Shown here: piece after piece, positions 9,266-19,125 of the stretch | How positions within the stretch are numbered: position 1 is the first letter of the stretch | How the letters are laid out: each line of letters begins with the position of its first letter | Assembly (NCBI GenBank): GCA_025823825.1 | Contig: GCA_025823825.1_4720.1 | Strand: one strand, 5' to 3' | Source: a phage | Length of the DNA stretch: 64,000 nucleotides | Notes under the pieces: generated by a model | Databases searched by the model: none | What the model saw: the letters and a program-made list of their open reading frames with translations, nothing else | What the model was told of the DNA's origin: nothing | Made by a program: the position numbers and the translations under genes

Positions 9266-10285
9266 TTACACCGCCACCTTGGCCTTGATAGCGGGGTGTG
9301 ATTGATATCCGACGAACACAAAGTCTTCGTAACGGTAATCCGTAATACTTTCTGGTTTACGTACGATTGTTAGCTTCGGTAATGGATACGGCTCACGACT
9401 AAGTTGTTCTTTAACCTGTTCGAAATGGTTGTGATAGATATGACAATCTCCACCTGTCCACACGAACTCACCAACGTCCATATTCAACTGCTGGGCAAGC
9501 ATGTGTGTTAACAACGAATATGAGGCGATGTTGAATGGTGTTCCAAGCAGTACGTCCTGCGATCTTGCTAGCAGCATACACGACAAGGCACGTGTTGGTA
9601 CGTTATGCGCATTCAACCAAAGTTCCGTTTCACTGTGTCGTACATCATCCGTAACCCACTGGGTTCTTAATACGTCGTTGCGTTGAACATAATCAACACG
9701 TTCATCGATCGTGAGCTCGTGGGTATAGAACTGATAGAAACTGTGGCATGCGGGAAGCGCCATATCGTCTAAATCACCTACGTTCCATGCGCTAACGATG
9801 ATTCGTCGAGAATCAGGATCTTCTTTAAGCTGGCGCATCACGTTTGCAATCTGATCGTGATGTTTAACATACACGAGGTGTTTTAGCGTACCGTCATTAA
9901 GAATGCCGCAATACTCGTAACCACGCTGCATCAACTCACGAGTACGCTCTGTATCGTGCGGAACAACCACTTTGTAGTCTATCCATTCCCGCCACTGTCT
10001 ACCGTAAATCGGTCCTAGATTCCCTTCTTCGTCAGCCCACTCATTCCAGATACGAACACCGTTATCTTGAAGATACGCAACATTTGTGTCGCCGTTAAGA
10101 AACCAGAGCAGTTCGTGGATAACGCTCTTAAGGTGAATCTTCTTGGTGGTTACCAGAGGGAATCCTTTCTTCAGGTCAAAACGCATTTGACGTCCAAATA
10201 CGGAACGGGTACCGGTACCTGTACGATCGGCTTTATCGCGACCGTTATCCATGATGTCTTGCAAAAGGTCCAAATACTGTTTCAT
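9266..10285 (-). CDS. thyA: thymidylate synthase family enzyme (ThyA-like; dUMP-specific, possibly a hydroxymethylase)
   Basis: 339 aa; [19 protein letters not shown] (catalytic Cys), [15 protein letters not shown] (Asn, uracil-type), GGDCHIY; longer than typical ThyA. Confidence 0.8.
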   Translation of the reverse strand: MKQYLDLLQDIMDNGRDKADRTGTGTRSVFGRQMRFDLKKGFPLVTTKKIHLKSVIHELLWFLNGDTNVAYLQDNGVRIWNEWADEEGNLGPIYGRQWREWIDYKVVVPHDTERTRELMQRGYEYCGILNDGTLKHLVYVKHHDQIANVMRQLKEDPDSRRIIVSAWNVGDLDDMALPACHSFYQFYTHELTIDERVDYVQRNDVLRTQWVTDDVRHSETELWLNAHNVPTRALSCMLLARSQDVLLGTPFNIASYSLLTHMLAQQLNMDVGEFVWTGGDCHIYHNHFEQVKEQLSREPYPLPKLTIVRKPESITDYRYEDFVFVGYQSHPAIKAKVAV

Positions 10286-10485
10286 TTTAATCCTCTAAGT
10301 GTTTCAAGTAGTTCCTGAAATTTGTAACGATATTTAGGATCGCTTAACGTGCAGCAGCAACCATGTAACACGTTATACGCGTAATCGGCTTGTAAACCAC
10401 GAACCTTAGGATCCAATGATAGATTCAATGACGCGCCATCAAAAATCCACGCTTCAATGTTCTTCTTGGATTCCTTCGTTAACAT
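10282..10485 (-). CDS. hypothetical protein
   Basis: 67 aa ORF overlapping thyA start. Confidence 0.35.
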   Translation of the reverse strand: MLTKESKKNIEAWIFDGASLNLSLDPKVRGLQADYAYNVLHGCCCTLSDPKYRYKFQELLETLRGLK

Positions 10486-10558
10486 CGTTTCTCACCTCGT
10501 CGTAAAAGTAAATAGAGTTTTGTCGAGACGCCCTAATTACATACAACGTCGGTTATCC

Positions 10559-11440
10559 TCAGTAACAGTTATAATGGGTTCCAAGCCGCTCCGGTTTTCT
10601 CAGAAGACTATCTTTAAGCGGTACGACGTCGATATCAACGTTTTCTGAATAATAACCATTAGAACTACCATACCAACGAATAACAACACATCCTTTTGCT
10701 GTACGAATATGGTAAAATGTCCATCGCGTACGTTTGCAAAAGTCGTCATCCTCGTCTCTTTCCTCGGTTCTTTCTTCAGCGCTAAGTATCTTCTCACCAA
10801 TAATGTCGTTAAGATCGCCATCGATGTCTTCAAGGTACACTTTTTCACAGCAATCTTGCTTATGGCAGAATTCAACAACGTTCCCATCGCCCCGATAGAA
10901 AAGAAGGGCAATGCTGTATTGTAGCTGTTCGGCCGTTAAGTCTGTCGCGCAATACAAACTTTGATCTTCGGTTATCACCAAGACATTGTTGATTACGTGT
11001 CCGGCAAGCGCTCCGATCTTATTTACCGTGATAATCGGACGAACGGGTTCAGGTTGAACGATCGGAATACGAACACAACCAATTAAGGCCATCCGTCCTT
11101 TCTTTGGTCTAACCGCAAGGTAAGGTGATTTTCTTGGGTGGTTATGCAGACGTATTTCTAATTCGTCAAATTTAATCCCGTATATACCTAAGAAACGATC
11201 GAACAACCGATGAAACTCATCTGTTGCTTCTTTCAACGTTATGGTGTCTACCGTGAGTTTATGTCCCCTGAACACCCGGGTTATATCGATAACGTCGAGT
11301 GTTTTAAAATGTATTTCCGTAAGGGGGTGATTTGTATTTTCCAGGTATGTAATGGTTCTTTGAACCGCGATTTTAGGTGACGCACCTTTAAAACGTTTCA
11401 GGTATTTAACACGATAGCGTGTATGATCTGATGTTAACAT
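10559..11440 (-). CDS. hypothetical protein
   Basis: ORF-track N-terminus reads through the upstream hairpin; start set at ATG 11440 (MLTSDHTRY) preceded by GGAGAGGAG. Confidence 0.5.
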   Translation of the reverse strand: MLTSDHTRYRVKYLKRFKGASPKIAVQRTITYLENTNHPLTEIHFKTLDVIDITRVFRGHKLTVDTITLKEATDEFHRLFDRFLGIYGIKFDELEIRLHNHPRKSPYLAVRPKKGRMALIGCVRIPIVQPEPVRPIITVNKIGALAGHVINNVLVITEDQSLYCATDLTAEQLQYSIALLFYRGDGNVVEFCHKQDCCEKVYLEDIDGDLNDIIGEKILSAEERTEERDEDDDFCKRTRWTFYHIRTAKGCVVIRWYGSSNGYYSENVDIDVVPLKDSLLRKPERLGTHYNCY

Positions 11441-11507
11441 TTTAATCTCCTCTCCCGACTTCAGAGAATTCTTAAAATCCGTTAGTTTTGATAGATGAGG
11501 TAAGACG

Positions 11508-11534
11508 GCATAAAAGCCTCCCGTAATGGGAGGC
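11508..11534 (-). terminator. hairpin GCCTCCC-GTAA-GGGAGGC followed on minus strand by TTTTATGCCG
   Basis: Inverted repeat seen directly; sits just downstream of the 11548 stop. Confidence 0.55.
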
Positions 11535-11547
11535 TTCATTAATCAGC

Positions 11548-12096
11548 TTATTTCACAAGAACAGCGAATTCGAGAACATGAATAGCTTCATCGTCCATCG
11601 GATTTGTCGTGGTATAACCAACGAAGCAATAGCCCATATCCGCGATAAACTCGCTAAGTTTATCGATGACTGATGCCCCGATACGATCGTTAACAGACAG
11701 GCGACATTTACGGGTTATGTTTTGCCCGCGAGGAACGCCAGCTAACACGGATAGGAAATGTACGATCCGGTTATTGGTTGCGAACTGCTTGAAATCATCG
11801 TAGTGCTTAAGGTCTTTCATCGCAGACTCTACCGTCATACGACGACCAGGCGACACATACTCAGAATAAGAATAAGCTGCAATCGTGCGGCGGTCTTCAG
11901 TGAGGTAAGTATTCCCTTCGGGATGATAACTCTCGACTGTTCCGTCTTCATAGGTGACGGTCACAACAGGTGCACCGTACTCGTCGCGACCGAAATCAAT
12001 TTTACATTTATCCGAAAGCGGTAGAACCGTGCAAGGTTTTGCGTTGTTCTCATCAGGGAGATCGTAACCACTCATCATTTTCAAGAACATAGACAT
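11548..12096 (-). CDS. hypothetical protein, tandem paralog family member A
   Basis: 182 aa; N-terminal ~80 aa similar to 12183-12716, C-terminal ~90 aa similar to 12793-13092. Confidence 0.55.
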   Translation of the reverse strand: MSMFLKMMSGYDLPDENNAKPCTVLPLSDKCKIDFGRDEYGAPVVTVTYEDGTVESYHPEGNTYLTEDRRTIAAYSYSEYVSPGRRMTVESAMKDLKHYDDFKQFATNNRIVHFLSVLAGVPRGQNITRKCRLSVNDRIGASVIDKLSEFIADMGYCFVGYTTTNPMDDEAIHVLEFAVLVK

Positions 12097-12182
12097 AATA
12101 GAACCTCATGATAATAGATAATAGAAATGATAGATAGTACAACAAATTGAGGGGGTATTATCCCACCCCCTCGCAGGGATTA

Positions 12183-12716
12183 CTACTTAACGACCACGAT
12201 GATTTTGCCACCCGCACCGGCGTAATATGCCGTTAATTCACCAGTAAACAACTCTTGTAAAAGACGATTTACGTTACTAACAAAGTTAGGATTGTCTGAT
12301 TTTACAAACTCGATATTGCGCGTTTGTTTTATATCACGATCGATTAAGCGTATTTCCAACAACGCACAAATAAGGCGATCGTCAAGTTTACCACTTGCAT
12401 CCAGCACTTCTCCATACTTCGTAGCACGGACGTCTGCATACATACGGTCAACATCATCCTTCCCAAAACCACAGGAATAGGCGTACGTTGCGATGGTATT
12501 ACCATTGTCCATCACATAAACGTTACCGCCTGGGTAATCGATGAATCGTTGATCCTTATCACCATGAGCGACGAACTCCAGTGTCGGTCTACCTAGTGAA
12601 TCGCGATTGAATTCGATTGTGGTCAAACGGTCAGGCACCACATGCAATGTAAACGGTTTCGCATTGTTACGATCGCTAGTATCGCAGTTAGCCATTACTT
12701 TTACAATAACACTCAT
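12183..12716 (-). CDS. hypothetical protein, tandem paralog family member B
   Basis: 177 aa; shares MS..K.M...D.NNAKP...IA.YAYS N-terminal block with member A. Confidence 0.55.
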   Translation of the reverse strand: MSVIVKVMANCDTSDRNNAKPFTLHVVPDRLTTIEFNRDSLGRPTLEFVAHGDKDQRFIDYPGGNVYVMDNGNTIATYAYSCGFGKDDVDRMYADVRATKYGEVLDASGKLDDRLICALLEIRLIDRDIKQTRNIEFVKSDNPNFVSNVNRLLQELFTGELTAYYAGAGGKIIVVVK

Positions 12717-12792
12717 GTTTATTCCTTAGTAGTCCTAGTAGTAGTAGTATTGAGGAATTTCACCTCATTAGATAATCAACTTTGGTAATGTT

Positions 12793-13092
12793 TTACTGAA
12801 ACAAGACATTAAATTCGACGAGATACCCATCGGATCTATCACCACGATATCTGTTGCAGAAAACACCGAATTTCATCAAGAACTCACATAACTCTTCGGC
12901 TTTGTATAGCGGAATACGATTTTCGTCGAGCAGGGGGCACTTATGGCTAACCCGCTCCGACGAATCAACGCAACACAAATAAAGAAGGAATCGAACAATA
13001 GCTCGGTTCTTAGTGAAGCTCTCGAATTCACCTGCAGTTCTGAACTCATCGAGGAGCTTTGTCGTTTTCTTCAATCGTTCACGATCGAGCAT
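12793..13092 (-). CDS. hypothetical protein, tandem paralog family member C (C-domain only)
   Basis: NRAIVRFLLYL...HKCPLLDENRI aligns to NNRIVHFLSVL...RKCRLSVNDRI of member A; start set at internal Met (MLDRERL). Confidence 0.45.
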   Translation of the reverse strand: MLDRERLKKTTKLLDEFRTAGEFESFTKNRAIVRFLLYLCCVDSSERVSHKCPLLDENRIPLYKAEELCEFLMKFGVFCNRYRGDRSDGYLVEFNVLFQ

Positions 13093-13155
13093 GTTAACCC
13101 CAATACGAGCATAACCCTCCTCCAACCCATCAGGGAAGGAGGAGGGAATATGCTG

Positions 13156-13470
13156 TTATTCTGTTTTCGGTGTTGAACCGTTCTTCTTGAAGTCGGATTC
13201 GTATTTCACGTTAGAATCGAGAACCTCACGAACGGTTTTATCCGTACAACCACGAGCGATGTATGCATTAAGATCATCACGTAATTTACGCATCGTTGTT
13301 TTATCCGCATCAGAAACATCTGACTTGGTAAGACGGAATGCGATTGCATCGCGAATTTTATTCAACGTTGCTGGGTTATTACGCTGTTCTGCAAATACCG
13401 CTTTGATGAATGTACCGCTATCTTTCGAAGCGACAGCTGCATCAAGAATCTCAATATGCTTTTCAGACAT
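13156..13470 (-). CDS. hypothetical protein
   Basis: 104 aa ORF. Confidence 0.4.
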   Translation of the reverse strand: MSEKHIEILDAAVASKDSGTFIKAVFAEQRNNPATLNKIRDAIAFRLTKSDVSDADKTTMRKLRDDLNAYIARGCTDKTVREVLDSNVKYESDFKKNGSTPKTE

Positions 13471-13521
13471 CTTCTTTCCTTTAATAAACGATCATCGTCA
13501 TATTCATTGCGCAGGATGCTA

Positions 13522-14751
13522 TCACTTCAGAAGCTTAGACACCGCCATGCTTCGCGCCATCGCAACGTCATACGCATCCATGATCGCGTCACCGATAGCG
13601 GTATGACGGATCAACGGAATACCCATGTCTGGATACTCTTTGGTGCCTAAGATGGATACCGGTTTGTCTTGATACGCGGCAATCATCGAACGAATATCCT
13701 GAATCTGGTTATAACGGCAGATTGGTTTGAAGCCTGCCTTACGGAACCAATGTTCTAATTGAGGCCAATCTGTTTCACCACGAGCAAGATAATAGAAGGT
13801 ATCCTTACCGTAGTATTCGGTCATCTCATCACGGATATTGTTAACAAATGCATTTACTGTAGCAATGGCTTCTTTATAGTCCATCACTCCGTCATGCTGA
13901 AAACAATAGTCACGCGCTTCCTTCGGTGCTTTGGTTTGCCACCATTCTACCGTGGACTTACTAATATCACCGCCATCAGCGATTTGACCATAAACGTCGG
14001 GGAAGATATCAATACGTGGGCCGTTAATAACAGATTCTGGATTGACTAGATCGAAGAACAAGATACCGATTTCCAGCAGTACCCCGTTCTTTTCCAGACT
14101 GAGATTCTCCACATCCAGGCAAAACGCAGGTTTCTCTACCGTTGAAAAATCAAAATATTCTTCGAGACGCGGCGTTGGTTCAGCAGCGAGAAACGTCTCA
14201 TGAATGAACTGGGCGAATGTCTTATTCATTGCTACTAAGTCAATACCCAATTTACTTAGCAGAGGTATAATTGCGGGGTCATTCTGCTGTATTACCACAC
14301 ACTCTTGGTTTTTGATACAACGACCAAGTGAGTAAAAAAGATGAACGATGTCTAACGGTTTGTACGGGGCCTCAAATGTTGTTCCCTGGAACGACTGAGC
14401 TAGCACTTTATGTGTTTCTTCACGATGATCTATCAGTTGGAAAATAGCACAGCGCAGATAATGCCGTAATGTTATCTCGTGAAGGTGTGATGTATCTTCC
14501 TGAAATAACGTCATGAAACCGTGATACGTATAATACGCACCTCTTCGAATTTCTTCGAGGAGTTCTTTGTCCCCATTTGTTTCCTCCGATGTTATCGGTT
14601 CCATTTGATCGAGGATAGTGCTGAGAAGGTCACTGCCGTGTACCTTAAACAGTTTTTCAACGTCAAGATTAGGTAATGTCGCGATTGCTGCGTACATTAA
14701 TGTTTCTGCGGGATTAAGTTCTTTATTGTCAATTGTGATGGTTAAAGCCAT
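13522..14751 (-). CDS. DEDDh-type 3'-5' exonuclease domain protein with N-terminal domain of unknown function
   Basis: FCLDVENLS (D-x-E) and HTAIGDAIMDAY (H-x-A-x-x-D-A) in C-terminal half; start at ATG 14751 with GAGG upstream. Confidence 0.6.
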   Translation of the reverse strand: MALTITIDNKELNPAETLMYAAIATLPNLDVEKLFKVHGSDLLSTILDQMEPITSEETNGDKELLEEIRRGAYYTYHGFMTLFQEDTSHLHEITLRHYLRCAIFQLIDHREETHKVLAQSFQGTTFEAPYKPLDIVHLFYSLGRCIKNQECVVIQQNDPAIIPLLSKLGIDLVAMNKTFAQFIHETFLAAEPTPRLEEYFDFSTVEKPAFCLDVENLSLEKNGVLLEIGILFFDLVNPESVINGPRIDIFPDVYGQIADGGDISKSTVEWWQTKAPKEARDYCFQHDGVMDYKEAIATVNAFVNNIRDEMTEYYGKDTFYYLARGETDWPQLEHWFRKAGFKPICRYNQIQDIRSMIAAYQDKPVSILGTKEYPDMGIPLIRHTAIGDAIMDAYDVAMARSMAVSKLLK

Positions 14752-14776
14752 TTTATTATACCTCATCGAAATCAAA

Positions 14777-15118
14777 TTAGTTCAGTTCTGGTTTATCAGC
14801 AACCAGACCAAGTCCAGTCAATATCACGTAGTCGTACCAAGCTTTTACTTTTGCTTTCGCTTCACCTAAACTATCTGCGTTGATGTGCGAAAACTCATCG
14901 TTGACTGGGAAAGGTAAATCGCAGTCATAGCTGGTATAATCCTTCCAACCTTTCCATTCGATAGTTAGAGAACCAAAAACGGTCTCAGCGACAACATGGT
15001 TATAGCGACAGTTTTCACATGGCGCGCGCTCTTCCGACCAAACAAGCTCGTGTTGCGCTAAAAGTTGTTGTACGACCGATAACGGCTGCTCTTCATTAAG
15101 TTCGATACTGTCTATCAT
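14777..15118 (-). CDS. hypothetical protein
   Basis: 113 aa ORF. Confidence 0.4.
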   Translation of the reverse strand: MIDSIELNEEQPLSVVQQLLAQHELVWSEERAPCENCRYNHVVAETVFGSLTIEWKGWKDYTSYDCDLPFPVNDEFSHINADSLGEAKAKVKAWYDYVILTGLGLVADKPELN

Positions 15119-15711
15119 CGAATACTCTCCTTTTCCTTATCGTAATCGCTGCAAATATTGACAAACGCCGTATTATCAGACAGCCTGCTGACCATCTGAC
15201 GGATTGCGTCCAACGGTTCAAGTTTAGGATTGATTGATTCACCGGTCAACGCGCTTATTGCTCGTGTGATCTCAACCAAATCAACGTTCGGGTCGTTGTC
15301 ATCAATAATGAGCAGACTCTTCGCCGGTTTCTGACGACGTTTGATAATTAACAAATACGTGATGAGGTTCTCACGCCAAGCATCAGAATCCAGATTGCGT
15401 ATCAGGGTTAACGCACGACGCTCTTCCGCCCATGATGGTTTCTCACGGATAACAGGCATGTAAGATAATTGCTCAGCAAGCCCTTTCAAGCTGACACGGT
15501 TGGTGCCGCCAGGATGCTCGCTAATCCGCAACATCTCGGTTAACAGACGGACATAGGCGGCTGTTGTAGAAACACCCCTCAGCGGCAGGAACACATTATG
15601 TCCTGGAACCCCATCGTGACTCAGCGGTGCGATATACGCCATGAATTGCCGAATATCATCGTCGCTCTGTTCTCCAGCAACGAACTTAAACGCTTCACGT
15701 AAAACGCTCAC
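15115..15711 (-). CDS. hypothetical protein
   Basis: 198 aa ORF. Confidence 0.45.
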   Translation of the reverse strand: MSVLREAFKFVAGEQSDDDIRQFMAYIAPLSHDGVPGHNVFLPLRGVSTTAAYVRLLTEMLRISEHPGGTNRVSLKGLAEQLSYMPVIREKPSWAEERRALTLIRNLDSDAWRENLITYLLIIKRRQKPAKSLLIIDDNDPNVDLVEITRAISALTGESINPKLEPLDAIRQMVSRLSDNTAFVNICSDYDKEKESIR

Positions 15712-15997
15712 TATGACGTCTCCTTAATGTTTCTTGCATACGTAGTCTCTCCGGCAGGTACAGACGTTTGTATAGATCAATTAACAGATAACGCATAACG
15801 GAAGCAACCACCAGGTATTCACCTTCAGCTTCCGAATAACGTATCATGTTAATTGGGTAGTTCAAATAAGAATAAGAAAAGAGATCATCGTTGGTAAGGT
15901 GATGATCTTCAAGATACTGACGAAACAATTTTGCTAAGGCATCGTACTCCATTCCGTAGTAACACAACGACACCTGTCTTGCAGATAGTCGTTTCAT
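15695..15997 (-). CDS. hypothetical protein
   Basis: 100 aa ORF. Confidence 0.35.
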   Translation of the reverse strand: MKRLSARQVSLCYYGMEYDALAKLFRQYLEDHHLTNDDLFSYSYLNYPINMIRYSEAEGEYLVVASVMRYLLIDLYKRLYLPERLRMQETLRRRHSERFT

Positions 15998-16836
15998 GCT
16001 GGGTTACCTTTTAGTTTTCCACGTATCATGTCGACAACGCGTGAGGGATCAGAAATAACATTGGCGATAAGATGATCGATAGGTAGGTCGAGAATGATAT
16101 TCTTCAGCTGGAAAGCCGTATCTTTACGACGCACGCCGTAGAACACGCCATCTTTAAACACAACCTCGTACGAAATGGGGAGCTGGCTAATAACCGTGTT
16201 AGCGTAATCACCCAACCACATCGACCCCGCCATCAGATGCGCACAAACCGCATGACTAATACGCACATCTTTGTTCTTCCGGCTAACGTCTTTGGTTTTC
16301 GACATGGTAACCAGAAGCTCACCGATCTTACTCAGCATATCGTCGTATACCCCAAAGAACTTAATCAGTTGTCGGGCACCTAACGATATATATGTTTCTC
16401 GTGGTAAGACACAACACACCTGCGGTAACGTTCCAACCCCATAGACACAACTGTGTGGTGATAATGGAAGCAAATCAGCAACCGCGTTCTTGATGTTGTT
16501 ATACTCAACGATATCGTTGAACGGTGAAAGACCTTTCGTAATCGGTTTATCAATCGCCACATCGAACTCCGCGAACGTCCATGCTGCTTTACGTGGTTCC
16601 CCTTTCTGGTACGGTGGAGCCAGTACCGCGACAACACGAAGTCGATGTTCATGGGTATCACGTAGCTTAAGTTGGATACCCTCACCATCACCCTCACGCA
16701 CAAGTGAGTAGCGGCTTGCGCAGTCATCACATACCACCGTTGGTTCGTGTTGACCGTATGCTGCAAGCATCGGTTTACTAAGATCTTTATCACAGTGTTT
16801 ACAGCGATGATCCTGTTCCTGATAACTGATTTTCAC
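15994..16836 (-). CDS. hypothetical protein with N-terminal Cys4 zinc-ribbon
   Basis: 280 aa; CKHCDK...CDDC near N-terminus. Confidence 0.5.
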   Translation of the reverse strand: MKISYQEQDHRCKHCDKDLSKPMLAAYGQHEPTVVCDDCASRYSLVREGDGEGIQLKLRDTHEHRLRVVAVLAPPYQKGEPRKAAWTFAEFDVAIDKPITKGLSPFNDIVEYNNIKNAVADLLPLSPHSCVYGVGTLPQVCCVLPRETYISLGARQLIKFFGVYDDMLSKIGELLVTMSKTKDVSRKNKDVRISHAVCAHLMAGSMWLGDYANTVISQLPISYEVVFKDGVFYGVRRKDTAFQLKNIILDLPIDHLIANVISDPSRVVDMIRGKLKGNPA

Positions 16837-16851
16837 ACCGAGACCCCTTTG

Positions 16852-17808
16852 TTAATGCAAGACACGATCTGCTGGAATTATCGAGGCATTGCTGTCGGAC
16901 AGATCCGTCGCTTTACGATCAGGACTGAATCGACGCGCGTTCTCTTCATGGTGGTTGACGGGATTATCCTGTTTTAGCAGTTCCATTGCCTCATCAAACG
17001 TTAGTTCCCGAAATCCTCTTGGGTAGAGGAACAAGGGTTCATCAACATCCAACCCTTTAACAAACCCGTGCGACAACCAGACGCTGCCATCAGCACTGTA
17101 AAGAACCGGCTCAACGTCATAATCCAAGACGTATTGATACCAATAATTAAACAGTTGAGCAATCCACCGATTACGTAATAAGTAATCGATCATAACCGCA
17201 CTACGCACGCTGTGGCACCAGCCGATCTTACCATCAACTTTCTGCAACAACGTACCCTCATTTGCTTGATGAATAACCGCATTAAATAACCACGCAAGAT
17301 CGGTTGCGAAAAGTGCTGCTTCTTGAATATCGCTAATGTAACGCACGGGTATCGTCAGATGCGTGCGGTAATGCGACATCGCCTCTTCGTAGTTGTCTCC
17401 TTCGATACAGAGAGTCCCGTTTGGTGACAGATGCCCCTGATTCAACGACTGACCAATATAAAGATCAGCGATCGCGTTAATATGTTCGACGGTACCCAAG
17501 GTTAACTCAGACATAAAACAATCGACATCAACAGCCATCGATGTACTGGAAACAAACGGATTGGCTGGGCGAGTTGTATTAGAGAAAATAATCGACCAAA
17601 TCGCTTCGTGTTTTTCATCCGATGGCAAAAACGAAATATGGCGTTCTGCGCTATTATCGACAACAAATACCTTTACGGTTTTCAAACAGCTAGTACAAAC
17701 ATAGCAGGTGTTCGGCAGCGGCATATCCGAAAACATATCGTAACGAATCGATGCCAGCGAAATGTCATGTCCGCAATGAGGGCATGTCGTATCAATAAGC
17801 GTTTTCAT
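16852..17808 (-). CDS. hypothetical protein with N-terminal Cys4 zinc-ribbon
   Basis: 318 aa; CPHCGH...CYVCTSC near N-terminus. Confidence 0.5.
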   Translation of the reverse strand: MKTLIDTTCPHCGHDISLASIRYDMFSDMPLPNTCYVCTSCLKTVKVFVVDNSAERHISFLPSDEKHEAIWSIIFSNTTRPANPFVSSTSMAVDVDCFMSELTLGTVEHINAIADLYIGQSLNQGHLSPNGTLCIEGDNYEEAMSHYRTHLTIPVRYISDIQEAALFATDLAWLFNAVIHQANEGTLLQKVDGKIGWCHSVRSAVMIDYLLRNRWIAQLFNYWYQYVLDYDVEPVLYSADGSVWLSHGFVKGLDVDEPLFLYPRGFRELTFDEAMELLKQDNPVNHHEENARRFSPDRKATDLSDSNASIIPADRVLH

Positions 17809-18071
17809 TATTGAATTCCTTTTGATAAGAATAACTGAATATCGGTAAACTGTTCTTCAGGAACATCGTCAGCGGCCGTTAGAACCTTAGGACCGTGTTC
17901 ATTGAGGTAAGCTTCCCGTAGACAATGATGACGTCGATTGGCTTCCTGGAACTCAGTGTCCGTCATGTAAACCAGCGTAAACTTCGAACGTTTATTCGGA
18001 TTATATCTCTTATTACGTTTCTTTGGTTTCTTCGCCATAATAGCCTCGTGAAGGTGGATGGATACACCCAT
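17808..18071 (-). CDS. hypothetical protein
   Basis: 87 aa ORF. Confidence 0.35.
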   Translation of the reverse strand: MGVSIHLHEAIMAKKPKKRNKRYNPNKRSKFTLVYMTDTEFQEANRRHHCLREAYLNEHGPKVLTAADDVPEEQFTDIQLFLSKGIQ

Positions 18072-18086
18072 CCACCTTCCTCCATG

Positions 18087-18608
18087 TTAAAGTGTGTTCA
18101 ATTCTTCAGGCGTACGTACAGTACGCGTGTTGGGATCAACCATTGCTGGCACGCCCGCTGGGCATTTACGGACATCAATCCGCATCTCCGGTTCGATCGG
18201 ACGAACGCGATACGTTTTGCCATCGTCGGTTAACACCGAAATGGTCAACGCCTGATTCAATTCACTAACGAAGTTCACCAAACGCTGTTGTCCACCCTTC
18301 GACCAGAAGTTAAGATCGGTTTCTCCATTGAAATAACTGATTCCATCAGCGGTTCCAATCGTGATTTTAACGATACCCGGATAGTCACGAAGAAGAGGTG
18401 CCTGATAACCTTCATCTTCCGTATCCAGTTTTACCCACGCGCCTCCCGTAGACAAACAGTTAACTTCCAAGGCGGTTGGTGCGCTGACTTCCGCCGATGA
18501 CCAGGTATACATCGTGCCTAGTTTAGCGTGTCCGGTTTCCAGCTCGCTGTAATCCCAAGCATGTGCTGATGCCGTAATAAATAAAGCCGCAAGAAACAAC
18601 TTTTTCAT
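18087..18608 (-). CDS. predicted secreted/periplasmic protein
   Basis: 173 aa; N-terminal MKKLFLAALFITASAHA looks like a Sec signal peptide. Confidence 0.55.
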   Translation of the reverse strand: MKKLFLAALFITASAHAWDYSELETGHAKLGTMYTWSSAEVSAPTALEVNCLSTGGAWVKLDTEDEGYQAPLLRDYPGIVKITIGTADGISYFNGETDLNFWSKGGQQRLVNFVSELNQALTISVLTDDGKTYRVRPIEPEMRIDVRKCPAGVPAMVDPNTRTVRTPEELNTL

Positions 18609-18663
18609 TCTTTTCGATTCCTATTAAAAGTGACCGATTTCTGTGGTCGAGATTGCTAATAAA

Positions 18664-19125
18664 TTAATTCCGGTTTTGTTTCCGTATTGCACGGTTACGT
18701 TTACGTTCTTGGTCTTTGACTGCACCAAGAAACTTCTTTAATTCCGACGGTTCGAGCGTACCCTCACGTACCACACCGTTTTGTTCGATATGGTACGACC
18801 AATAACCAACTTCAGCCGTTAAGGATAACGTTGTCGGTTGCTCATCAGGTAACGATCGGGGTGAGAAAATAAAGAGTAATTCAAAAGGCGTTTCTCGGCT
18901 GATGGTGGGACGGATACTCACGTCAAGCCCCTCCCATCGCTGAGGTTTAAATATTCCTCCAGCGGCGACGATTGTCTCCGAGCGCTGGTCTACAAGCTCG
19001 GCTAATTCACGATCGTCATTGAAATAAATATCGTGAAGGATATCCGTATCGATAAAAAACCCGCGATCCGAATCGTGACGAACAATGGAATTCTTCATTC
19101 TAACGCCTTTGTTGTTTGTTTTCAT
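18664..19125 (-). CDS. hypothetical protein
   Basis: 153 aa ORF. Confidence 0.4.
   Translation of the reverse strand: MKTNNKGVRMKNSIVRHDSDRGFFIDTDILHDIYFNDDRELAELVDQRSETIVAAGGIFKPQRWEGLDVSIRPTISRETPFELLFIFSPRSLPDEQPTTLSLTAEVGYWSYHIEQNGVVREGTLEPSELKKFLGAVKDQERKRNRAIRKQNRN

Noticed and set aside
12729-12752. TAGTAG trinucleotide microrepeat as a variable-number tandem repeat
   Set aside because: Only about four units in an intergenic spacer; too short to call with confidence.
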